DNA of 15,264 nucleotides from a virus: UHGV virus genome UHGV-0370902; one strand, 5' to 3'. Shown piece by piece: positions 5,849 to 12,978 of this stretch (position 1 is its first letter; each line of letters starts with the position of its first letter). The notes under the pieces were generated by a model. It saw only the letters and a program-made list of their open reading frames with translations, ran no database searches and was not told where the DNA came from. The position numbers and the translations under genes were made by a program.

Positions 5849-8755
5849 TTAATACTCCGTCACGTTTTCCTGTCGCCACGCCTCGTCATATTCCGATTTC
5901 GGCATATTGGCGATGTAGCTATATGGCGATCCTGATTCAAGTTGCAGGAACTGGTGCGATTGCTCGTCAAGGAACAACGGGACACCACCTTCCCAACCTT
6001 CGCCGTTACGTTGTTTTTCAAGCATCAAAACAGATGCCGGAGATGCCAGTAGCTGTTCGTCCTTCTCTGACATCTTTTCACCACTCTGAACTCTCTGTAA
6101 CGCTCTCTCGCGAGCCTTGTTACGCCAGATGATGAAAAGGTTGTCTGTCAGGTCTGTTATCGCTCCAGAGCCTTTTACGTCCATTTTCCCGGTTGGTTTT
6201 TCTTCGCTGTCTCCTTTTCGCGAGTGAGTAACGAGAATGACGTGGGAGTTTGTTTTGTTTTTGAAGTCGCAAATCGAGTCAACAAACGCCTTCTGCCCGT
6301 TATAGTCATCGTCGCCTATGCCACATTTCATCAGGCTGTCGATGATGAATAACTGGATCCCGTATCGGCGGCGAGCGTAGTCGAATATTTCGATCAGCCT
6401 GTCGGCTTTCGCCGTTCCGGTCAGGCCAAACACCCAAAGTCTTTCGTCATAAAATTTAAATGCAGAGTCAATTTCCAGCACTGGCGGCATCTTGCAGCAC
6501 GTTGCCTGACGGGTAAGTCGCTTAAGGAGAATACCAGGCTTCAGCTCAAGTGACGCGATGCACGTCTTCACACCCTGACGCATTGCCTCAAGTGCCATAT
6601 GCCCGACAACCTCGGTGTTATGCGTCGCCACATATCCCCTGGTTACATACAGGTGGCGAGGGTGATCGACCATAATACACAAGCATTCTGCATTGCCGAT
6701 TTTTTCAACATTCCTGACGAATACCCCACAGCCCTCGAATCGATGCGCAGTTAATCTGCCATTGAGTCGTGGTGAACGGATGGCCTCCCTGATTTCTCTT
6801 GTCAGTCTGATTCTTGCCTCGTATGAATCCATCCCATGCCGCTTATCGTCCTTGTATGTGTATGTCACGCCAGTTTTAACTCGCGTCCGGCATGACCCGC
6901 CGAGTGAGTTAACCAGTTGAACAACCCCATTGCGCAGTTCTTCACTTGCTGAGGAAAAAACAAGCGTTCCATCCTTCTCGACATACCCATCCGTTTCAAG
7001 CAGACCACACAGCATGCCTATACGCGTTGATTTATTTGCGGAAAAAAACACACGAGGGATGAATTTGTTTTTTGCTGTGCACCCCATTAGTCCATAACCT
7101 CGCAGGGTCTCCATGAGTGGATTTACCTGACCACGCGCCGTTGATATCAGCCAGTCCTTACCATCTCCAGAGAAGTTGTAATCAGGCAGTTCAGCCTTCA
7201 TACGCTCGATCATGTATGGCTCGACGTTTGAAAACTTCACGCTCCCATTGCTAAGACTACCATCCCCGAGAAGGGAGCCGATAACCCATGCTAATAGCTC
7301 TGAGTGGTCGCCAAAGTCACCAGTTATTTCAGGAATCCTAACGCCATTTTTGTGCCTCTTCGTTTCACTCAACCGCTTCAACCCGAAGGTATCTATCACG
7401 CGGCGTTTCTCGCCTTTCGTGAATCCACGACTAGTGACCTCCCATAGGTGATCGCCTGCGCAATCAACATAACGACCATCTTCAAATGTGACTCGGTAAA
7501 CATCTCTAACACCCTGCGGGAATATCCCAGTGACAGTTGACGGATTGCCGTCTACTGACGCCACCTGATCGCCAATTTTTACATTCCCGTGAGTAGTCCA
7601 TGTCCCATCAGCTAAAAGAATAGGCTCATTCAGTGGGCATGCCTTTCCGTGACCGTTCACACCATTGACCAGCGTCAACTCTGCCTCACGGAACTGGAAT
7701 TTATCTGCCAGAGATTCCCACGGTGGATTAAACAGATACTGCTGCTTGCCGTAGAAAGCGTTGATAGTGTCCTGGTAAAACTCTCGCGCACTGTAGAGTT
7801 CTTCAGGATCGAAGTAGGATGCCGTGCCGATGTACTGCCAGATTTCATCCTCGGTAACACCGTTCATCAGGCATTCGTTGATGTCTTTGTACGGCAGAGT
7901 AACAAGACGGCAACGATGTTCACCGAGTCGGCTTGCGATTTCCCTTGCGGCTTCACGACCAACATCATCAACGTCCATCGAGATGAATATTTCCTCAAAC
8001 CTGTCGAGGTTGTGATACTCAAACTCAATCCACTGTTGCTTAGCGCCTTTCCCGCCACCAAACGGCACGGATAACGCCGAGATGCCGTATTGCGCATAGC
8101 TCATACAATCAATTTCGCCTTCGCAAAGCACAACCGCCCTCACGCCAGCGTCCAGAGCCTGCCATCCGAACAGGCAAGGTTCGCAATCACCTTCTGCCAT
8201 AATGACTTTCTTCCCGTCCGGGCGCTCAGTGCTGATTCGCTTGACCTGCAACAACTCACCATCGCGTTTGTACGGAAGCACCAGAGCATCCAGTTCTCGT
8301 TCTCCATTCCACACCTTGCCGCTGACAACCTCGTAGCGCTTTACGACTTCTGGCGATATGCCACGCGATTGCAGGTACTCAAGATGGGATTCTGTTCTGG
8401 TAACGTAGTGGGCGATTTTCTTGCGATCAGGTCTGGAGAATTTCTTCTCACGTTTGGCATCGAAATGGTGATCGTCATCCTTGATACCGAGAAATGCTTT
8501 CGCTTCCTGCATAGCCTGATGCAGGTTAATTCCACGACATGCCATCCACAAATCAAGCATGTCACCGCCGTCTCCCTCAGCGAAATCAGCCCATTTTTTC
8601 TTACCGCTAAGGTTGACCTTAAGGCTGTTTCCCTTGTCACCGTTGACGTTACCGGCAACCCACTCATGCCCCTCTTTCTTGCCGTTTGGCAACAGGTGCG
8701 GAGCCACCCTGTCAACCTGCGCCCAAAGCAGGTCGCTAAGTTCTGATGGACTCAT
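5849..8755 (-). CDS. Bifunctional primase-helicase (Toprim primase + DnaB/T7 gp4-type helicase) interrupted by an intein
   Basis: 968 aa; acidic Toprim motifs (MAEGDCEPCLFGW, VVLCEGEIDCMSY, ISMDVDDVGREAA); Walker A GVNGHGKA split from its Thr; C-extein carries helicase motifs (LFIIDSLMK, VILVTHSRK, KGSGAITDLTDN). Confidence 0.9.
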   Translation of the reverse strand: MSPSELSDLLWAQVDRVAPHLLPNGKKEGHEWVAGNVNGDKGNSLKVNLSGKKKWADFAEGDGGDMLDLWMACRGINLHQAMQEAKAFLGIKDDDHHFDAKREKKFSRPDRKKIAHYVTRTESHLEYLQSRGISPEVVKRYEVVSGKVWNGERELDALVLPYKRDGELLQVKRISTERPDGKKVIMAEGDCEPCLFGWQALDAGVRAVVLCEGEIDCMSYAQYGISALSVPFGGGKGAKQQWIEFEYHNLDRFEEIFISMDVDDVGREAAREIASRLGEHRCRLVTLPYKDINECLMNGVTEDEIWQYIGTASYFDPEELYSAREFYQDTINAFYGKQQYLFNPPWESLADKFQFREAELTLVNGVNGHGKACPLNEPILLADGTWTTHGNVKIGDQVASVDGNPSTVTGIFPQGVRDVYRVTFEDGRYVDCAGDHLWEVTSRGFTKGEKRRVIDTFGLKRLSETKRHKNGVRIPEITGDFGDHSELLAWVIGSLLGDGSLSNGSVKFSNVEPYMIERMKAELPDYNFSGDGKDWLISTARGQVNPLMETLRGYGLMGCTAKNKFIPRVFFSANKSTRIGMLCGLLETDGYVEKDGTLVFSSASEELRNGVVQLVNSLGGSCRTRVKTGVTYTYKDDKRHGMDSYEARIRLTREIREAIRSPRLNGRLTAHRFEGCGVFVRNVEKIGNAECLCIMVDHPRHLYVTRGYVATHNTEVVGHMALEAMRQGVKTCIASLELKPGILLKRLTRQATCCKMPPVLEIDSAFKFYDERLWVFGLTGTAKADRLIEIFDYARRRYGIQLFIIDSLMKCGIGDDDYNGQKAFVDSICDFKNKTNSHVILVTHSRKGDSEEKPTGKMDVKGSGAITDLTDNLFIIWRNKARERALQRVQSGEKMSEKDEQLLASPASVLMLEKQRNGEGWEGGVPLFLDEQSHQFLQLESGSPYSYIANMPKSEYDEAWRQENVTEY
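6617..7639 (-). other. Intein (Hint domain with LAGLIDADG homing endonuclease) inside the helicase P-loop
   Basis: 341 aa from Cys373 (CPLNEPILLADGTWTTHGNVKIGDQV) to His-Asn713 (RGYVATHN) followed by Thr+1; block-B-like CAGDHLW; two LAGLIDADG motifs (LLAWVIGSLLGDGSL, IGMLCGLLETDGYV). Confidence 0.8.
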
Positions 8756-8985
8756 ACTTTAACCGTCCTGAATCGCATTCTGACGCAATATTTTTTTATC
8801 CCGTTATTTTCCCGTCAGACCGTCGTTTATCGCGCTACAGCGCGTCTGATGGCGTTTAAACGCCATTGACGGAGCTAATGGCTGCTGAGGTCGAGATTTT
8901 TAAACCAGAAATCGACAAACGAAATACTTAACCAGCCGTGGTTATAACCAGCGACCAGTAGCGATTTGATTTTTGATTTCATGGT

Positions 8986-9762
8986 TCACCTGTCGAAAAA
9001 CACGTAGCCAGTTTTCGATACGGTAATTGCGGATGATGGTCTGGATTGTGGTTGAATGGTTTCTGGCTTCTCGTCGTTCCAGCGCTGACCGTTCAGGTAG
9101 CTCGACGGTAACAACCTGTCGAATCCGAACTGCTTACCATTCCTGCATGCAATATCGTCTGCCAGCATCGTGGCAAACTCGCTTGCCGTACCCCTGGTAG
9201 TTTTACGCCATTCCCTGAACTGTGTTCTGAATGCCGAAGCTGCGTTTTTCTTCCCGGCTTTCCGCATGCCTGCACACCAGAATATTTCCTCGAATGCCTT
9301 GTCGGTTTCTTCGTGACGGTCAGGAGTTTTTTCACACTCCGTTCGGACATGTTCGAACATAATGTTTTTAGGTTCATTGACTGGTTCAAAAGAGTGATAG
9401 GTTCTGGGGGCAGCTCCTGCCCCACCCCCTAGGGCAGCTCCTGCCCCACCCCGGGCAGCTCCTGCCCCACCTGATTCTGGTGGGATTTGTTGTGCATTAT
9501 CCAGCGTCAGATAAAAAACGTTTGACTGGTTAAGCTCTCCTTTTCTTCTGCATTCCCTTTTCAAAAGCCCCATCTCTTCCAGTGCCCTAATGTGACTTTT
9601 TACTGTCGATCTGCTCACCTCACACTGGTCAGCGACATGTTGATATGAAGGCCAGCATTCGCCATTATCATTGGCGTTATCGGCAAGTTTAATCAGAATC
9701 AGTTTTCTCAGTGGGTTGCCAACCTTTATATTCATGGCCTTAGCCATAAGATTCATGCTCAT
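8986..9762 (-). CDS. Replication initiator / origin-binding protein candidate (N-terminal HTH, Gly/Ala linker, C-terminal domain)
   Basis: 258 aa; N-terminal winged-HTH-like segment (ECWPSYQHVADQCEVSRSTVKSHIRALEEMGLLKR); occupies the lambda O position upstream of the helicase; the linker is encoded by the tandem repeats. Confidence 0.65.
   Translation of the reverse strand: MSMNLMAKAMNIKVGNPLRKLILIKLADNANDNGECWPSYQHVADQCEVSRSTVKSHIRALEEMGLLKRECRRKGELNQSNVFYLTLDNAQQIPPESGGAGAARGGAGAALGGGAGAAPRTYHSFEPVNEPKNIMFEHVRTECEKTPDRHEETDKAFEEIFWCAGMRKAGKKNAASAFRTQFREWRKTTRGTASEFATMLADDIACRNGKQFGFDRLLPSSYLNGQRWNDEKPETIQPQSRPSSAITVSKTGYVFFDR
9408..9471. repeat. Three tandem 19-bp direct repeats, each an internal dyad (iteron-like, candidate origin)
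   Basis: GGGCAGCTCCTGCCCCACC at 9408-9426, 9432-9450 and 9453-9471 (periods 24 and 21 bp); each unit contains the palindrome GGGCAG/CTGCCC; an AT-richer stretch follows at 9360-9400. Confidence 0.55.
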
Positions 9763-9902
9763 TTTGACTTCTCCGAAGTTTTGTACCTGTTAAGTATTTC
9801 TCTCAGTGGCACAGCTATTGCTGGATTAACCCCCTGATAAAACTGGTCACGTAGCACATCTTTTCGGTGATTAACGCGTTTATTTTCCTGCGTTTTTCGC
9901 AT
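9759..9902 (-). CDS. Small basic protein (47 aa), hypothetical
   Basis: MRKTQENKRVNHRKDVLRDQFYQGVNPAIAVPLREILNRYKTSEKSK; GAGGT RBS 7 nt upstream; stop overlaps the initiator start (ATGA). The longer ORF-track version overlaps cII. Confidence 0.35.
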   Translation of the reverse strand: MRKTQENKRVNHRKDVLRDQFYQGVNPAIAVPLREILNRYKTSEKSK

Positions 9903-9914
9903 ATAATTACCTCG

Positions 9915-9977
9915 TTGGATGTTATTAAAATTCCATCTGGATTTGTTCAGAACGCTCGGTCTTGCACACCGGGCGTT
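9915..9977 (+). ncRNA. oop: oop-like antisense RNA overlapping the cII 3' end
   Basis: Plus strand has a TATAAT -10 at 9902-9907, then TCCATCTGGATTTGTTCAGAACGCTCGG and a terminator (AACGCTCGGT-CTTGCAC-ACCGGGCGTT + TTTTTTATT), closely resembling recalled lambda oop RNA and its terminator. Confidence 0.5.
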
Positions 9978-10224
9978 TTTTATTGGTGAGTCCATCAATC
10001 GCATACTTAAAAGCCCTGCTAATCGGACTGATGTCTGATGCCATTCCGAAAGCACACAAGACCGAAGCAATAAACCTCCAGTCCGTTCTGCTTATCTTCG
10101 ATTCATGACAGCCAATCATCTTTGCCAGACCGCGCTGGGTAAGCGTTGACAGGTTGATGAGTAAATCTGTTTCTGCACGATCAACGTCGCGCTGTGATAG
10201 TTTGCTGTAACTTGTTTGTTCCAT
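9925..10224 (-). CDS. cII: CII transcriptional activator
   Basis: 99 aa ending ...DGLTNKKRPVCKTERSEQIQMEF, matching the lambda CII C-terminus, with a central HTH region. Confidence 0.9.
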   Translation of the reverse strand: MEQTSYSKLSQRDVDRAETDLLINLSTLTQRGLAKMIGCHESKISRTDWRFIASVLCAFGMASDISPISRAFKYAIDGLTNKKRPVCKTERSEQIQMEF

Positions 10225-10236
10225 TTCTTAAGATTT
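10202..10236 (+). promoter_or_regulatory. PRE-like CII-dependent promoter
   Basis: TTGC-N6-TTGT direct repeat (10202-10215) flanking a -35 position, with TAAGAT -10-like element downstream, antisense to the cII start; same layout as lambda PRE. Confidence 0.45.
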
Positions 10237-10309
10237 CCAATAGTGAATAGTTAGTTGAAAGCTATGCGTGGAAACGCATATGGCCTTAGTTGGTCAGATA
10301 TCTTGGGGC

Positions 10310-10324
10310 TCGCTTTGTCAGCGA
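10310..10324 (-). promoter_or_regulatory. nutR boxB hairpin (P22 type)
   Basis: Minus-strand RNA UCGCUGACAAAGCGA, between cro and cII; same GACAAA loop as the nutL boxB at 13133-13147. Confidence 0.5.
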
Positions 10325-10362
10325 CGTAGGACGAATGCCCATTGTGAAAATAGCGGTGTTAC

Positions 10363-10587
10363 TTATGCTGCCTGATTCGGTTTTGGAAACAGGTGTGGTA
10401 AATCTGGGCGAATTTCGTAAGCCTTGATCTGCCCTCCAGTGGCGTTAACGATGGCGGTAACTTTCTCTGGAGAAACCTGCCCGCCTTTCAGCCATTTGTG
10501 TACTGCTGGCTGCGTTACACCACACTTGTCGGCAAGCCGCTTTTGACTACCGACAATCTTCAAGGCTCGTTGAATTACTAAATTCAT
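10363..10587 (-). CDS. cro: Cro-like repressor
   Basis: 74 aa (MNLVIQRALKIVGSQKRLADKCGVTQPAVHKWLKGG...) with HTH; AGAGGT RBS 8 nt upstream of this ATG; divergent from cI across the operator region. Confidence 0.75.
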   Translation of the reverse strand: MNLVIQRALKIVGSQKRLADKCGVTQPAVHKWLKGGQVSPEKVTAIVNATGGQIKAYEIRPDLPHLFPKPNQAA

Positions 10588-10610
10588 GAGCATACCTCTT
10601 TCAGCCATTA

Positions 10611-10690
10611 CTTATAACCAAGGATAACTCAAGTTATAAAAGATAGCAATAACCTTTATTATTTTACTTTGGATAACCGTAGTTATAGAT
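10611..10690. promoter_or_regulatory. OR operator with divergent PR and PRM promoters
   Basis: Three dyads of ATAAC-N4-GTTAT form at 10624-10637 (ATAACTCAAGTTAT), 10649-10662 (ATAACCTTTATTAT, weaker) and 10673-10686 (ATAACCGTAGTTAT), centres 24-25 bp apart, between cro and cI. Confidence 0.65.
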
Positions 10691-10698
10691 TTGTGGAT

Positions 10699-11406
10699 AT
10701 GAAAACATTCGCAGAAAGACTAAATGCAGCCATGAGATCGGCAGGGGTGTCGCAATCACAGCTTGCGGACATGGTTGGAATATCTCAGCCAGCCATACAG
10801 AAGATGTCATCCGGTAAAACAAACGGATCTCGCAAGATGGTTGAGTTAGCTAATGCTTTAAAAGTACGCCCTGAATGGCTTAGTTCTGGTATTGGTGAAA
10901 TGAGGGATGGTACACATGAAGAACCATCCAATATCCGTGAGTCATCTTTAAAAGCTGTGGTATGGGAAGACATTAAAAAAAACGATGACGAGTTTGTCGC
11001 ATTGCCTCTTCTTAACGTTTCGCTTTCGGCTGGAAGCGGTAGCTGCGAGATAGAAGAATCATCAGAGTTCTCTTTGGTTTTCAGAAAGTACTATCTGAAA
11101 AAGATGGGGGTAACTGAAAGTTCTGCCAAGCTGGTAAGGGTAACAGGTCAAAGCATGGAACCAACTCTTCACGATGGCGATGTTGTTGGTGTTAACACAC
11201 AAGATACCACCATCAGAGATGGTAAAACCTACGCTATTTGCCAGTCTGATTTGTTGCGAGTAAAAACATTAATCGCCACTCCTACATCGGTGATAATCAG
11301 ATCAATAAATCGCGAAGAGTACCCGGATGAAGTAATGGATAGAGATGAATTTCATAAAACCGTAAGGATTATTGGCAGAGTATTCTGGTCATCGCATAGC
11401 TGGTAA
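10699..11406 (+). CDS. cI: CI repressor (HTH + S24 LexA-like autopeptidase domain)
   Basis: N-terminal HTH (SQSQLADMVGISQPAIQKM); C-terminal domain with GQSMEPT serine motif and downstream Lys; start taken at MKTF (10699), the ORF-track ATG at 10669 is also possible. Confidence 0.85.
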   Translation: MKTFAERLNAAMRSAGVSQSQLADMVGISQPAIQKMSSGKTNGSRKMVELANALKVRPEWLSSGIGEMRDGTHEEPSNIRESSLKAVVWEDIKKNDDEFVALPLLNVSLSAGSGSCEIEESSEFSLVFRKYYLKKMGVTESSAKLVRVTGQSMEPTLHDGDVVGVNTQDTTIRDGKTYAICQSDLLRVKTLIATPTSVIIRSINREEYPDEVMDRDEFHKTVRIIGRVFWSSHSW

Positions 11407-11443
11407 CCAGTGGCCTGAAGAAACGTTTGGGTGAGGAGGATAG

Positions 11444-11785
11444 ATGGCGTTCACTGACCTTGAATATCAAGCGGTCAAAAAAGAAGTTCACCAATTCATT
11501 GAAAGCATAAGGCCGCCTGAACATATCCGCAATGAACTGGATATTGTTTATAGCATCAATGACCAAACGATAGATATCGGCGAACAGCGCCCCGTGTGGC
11601 AGGGCAACCCAGGTGAAACAAACATCCTGCCATCAGCAAGAATCAAGTACATACGTTCTCTGGATAGATGGAAAATCTATTGGATGCGGAAGGATATGAA
11701 ATGGCATCAGTACAGTACTGAACTTTCGCTGACTGATGCGCTTGAGCTTGTGCGTGCTGACCCGGATTGCTGCTTCTTCGGATGA
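11444..11785 (+). CDS. Hypothetical protein (113 aa), immunity-region cargo
   Basis: Strong GAGGAGGA RBS directly after cI; no family recognised by eye; occupies the position of rexA. Confidence 0.6.
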   Translation: MAFTDLEYQAVKKEVHQFIESIRPPEHIRNELDIVYSINDQTIDIGEQRPVWQGNPGETNILPSARIKYIRSLDRWKIYWMRKDMKWHQYSTELSLTDALELVRADPDCCFFG

Positions 11786-11917
11786 GTGAAGAGACATTTT
11801 GGTGATGGATGGTCGCAGAAGTGCGGCCTTTAATGTAATCGAAGAAAAGTAATCCTTGTAAAACTTGATTTGACTGTATTGTCACAAAGAAAGGAATCAA
11901 CGATCGTTTCTTGGGTC

Positions 11918-11974
11918 TTGATTTGTTTTGACGATCAAATTAGTATTGCCTCATCAACTGTATGAGGCTTTTTT
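11918..11974 (+). promoter_or_regulatory. Candidate sigma70 promoter plus hairpin/U-run abutting the orf177 start
   Basis: TTGATT (11918-11923), 17-bp spacer, TAGTAT (11941-11946); then GCCTCAT-CAACTGT-ATGAGGC (11948-11968) and TTTTTT immediately before ATG 11975. Confidence 0.35.
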
Positions 11975-12508
11975 ATGCAAACCAAAAGCTACACCATCAA
12001 AGCATTTCAGGACTTCTTACAGATGCTTCCTGAGCTTGGTATCGTCAATGATGCTACAGCCCGCAATCTCCGTGACTCTTCCCTGCGCCTTCTTACTGTT
12101 CTTGGGTCGGATTTCACCGATGCCGATATCCGTGATTATAGCGTTGCCAACTTAGCAAGTTCGTACGCAGACTCAGCAGAAAGCAAACCCTCTGAATCAT
12201 CTTTGCAGGCATACAAAAGCCGAATGCAAAGTGCTATTGATAAATTTATCTCCTACCAGAATGGTGAGATTAATGTGTCAGTTGGTGATGTAAATAAAAA
12301 AAAGGAGCGTAAAAAGATGGCACCTAAGAAGAAGGCGGTAGCTGACGTACAGGTTGGTGTAAAAACATTTGAACTGCCGATTCCATTGCGCGGAGATCTT
12401 ATCGTCACCATTGGCAACCTGCCTCGCGACCTGACAAAAGATGAAGCCAAGCGTATCAGTCTGATTGTGGAATCTTTTGCGATGATTGATGGCGGAACAA
12501 AAGAATAA
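11975..12508 (+). CDS. Hypothetical protein (177 aa) with central Lys-rich linker, immunity-region cargo
   Basis: ORF with a KKKERKKMAPKKK linker; no family recognised; occupies the position of rexB and is followed by a strong terminator. Confidence 0.6.
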   Translation: MQTKSYTIKAFQDFLQMLPELGIVNDATARNLRDSSLRLLTVLGSDFTDADIRDYSVANLASSYADSAESKPSESSLQAYKSRMQSAIDKFISYQNGEINVSVGDVNKKKERKKMAPKKKAVADVQVGVKTFELPIPLRGDLIVTIGNLPRDLTKDEAKRISLIVESFAMIDGGTKE

Positions 12509-12534
12509 AGCCCCGAGGGAACGGGGCTTTTTGG
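12509..12534 (+). terminator. Rho-independent terminator (timm-like, end of cI operon)
   Basis: AGCCCCG-AGGGAA-CGGGGCT followed by TTTTT, starting 1 nt after the orf177 stop. Confidence 0.7.
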
Positions 12535-12681
12535 GTCGGAAATATATCCAGTATTTCCGAAGTGTATGGAGGATTACCTACCGCTACACCCTTGGCAACC
12601 GCAAGCCAAGGATAGCGGTTCTCCCAACAAACTACAACCTGTTCGGGTAAACAGGCTGTATACAAAAACAGGAGAAAAGCT

Positions 12682-12816
12682 ATGGCTCACGATGTTAATC
12701 GCGATGACTTCATCTACGAACACGACAAGCCGGTTTATGTGCGCAGTTACTGCCGCATACGTTTCGGTGAGCTCGAACATGTTCGTCAGCACTTCCGCTC
12801 TTATCCGAGCTGCTGA
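12682..12816 (+). CDS. Small ORF (44 aa), hypothetical
   Basis: MAHDVNRDDFIYEHDKPVYVRSYCRIRFGELEHVRQHFRSYPSC; AGGAG RBS 8 nt upstream; own terminator 17 nt downstream; below the ORF-track length cut-off. Confidence 0.35.
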   Translation: MAHDVNRDDFIYEHDKPVYVRSYCRIRFGELEHVRQHFRSYPSC

Positions 12817-12832
12817 AAATAACTAAATCTCA

Positions 12833-12860
12833 AACCCGGCTTCCGCGCCGGGTTTTCTTT
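12833..12860 (+). terminator. Rho-independent terminator
   Basis: AACCCGGC-TTCCGC-GCCGGGTT followed by TTCTTT. Confidence 0.6.
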
Positions 12861-12978
12861 GCCTCGCGATCGTCCCCCATATTTAACAGCCGCAAATGCG
12901 GTAAACCACGAACCAACACGCCAGCAATACAGCGCCCCCCTTCCAATACCGACCAATCCGCAACATTTACAAAAATAA

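Noticed and set aside
5923-8762. Multiple plus-strand ORFs (69 to 218 aa) and short minus-strand alternative-frame ORFs
   Set aside because: All lie within the 968-aa primase-helicase/intein gene, whose frame carries coherent Toprim, Hint, LAGLIDADG and helicase motifs throughout.
9093-9425. 110-aa minus-strand ORF in an alternative frame
   Set aside because: Nested inside the initiator gene in another frame; no RBS and no recognisable fold.
9406-9473. Possible CRISPR array
   Set aside because: Only three direct repeats with 2-5 bp between them and no spacers; it lies inside a coding region and is better explained as iterons or a coding repeat.
9759-10070. 103-aa version of the small ORF
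   Set aside because: Its 5' part overlaps the cII coding region in another frame; only the 47-codon part downstream of cII with its own RBS is plausible, and even that is uncertain.
12566-12826. 86-aa plus-strand and 72-aa minus-strand ORFs
   Set aside because: They cross the stem-loop leader without an RBS; the shorter 44-codon frame with an AGGAG RBS and terminator is the better candidate.
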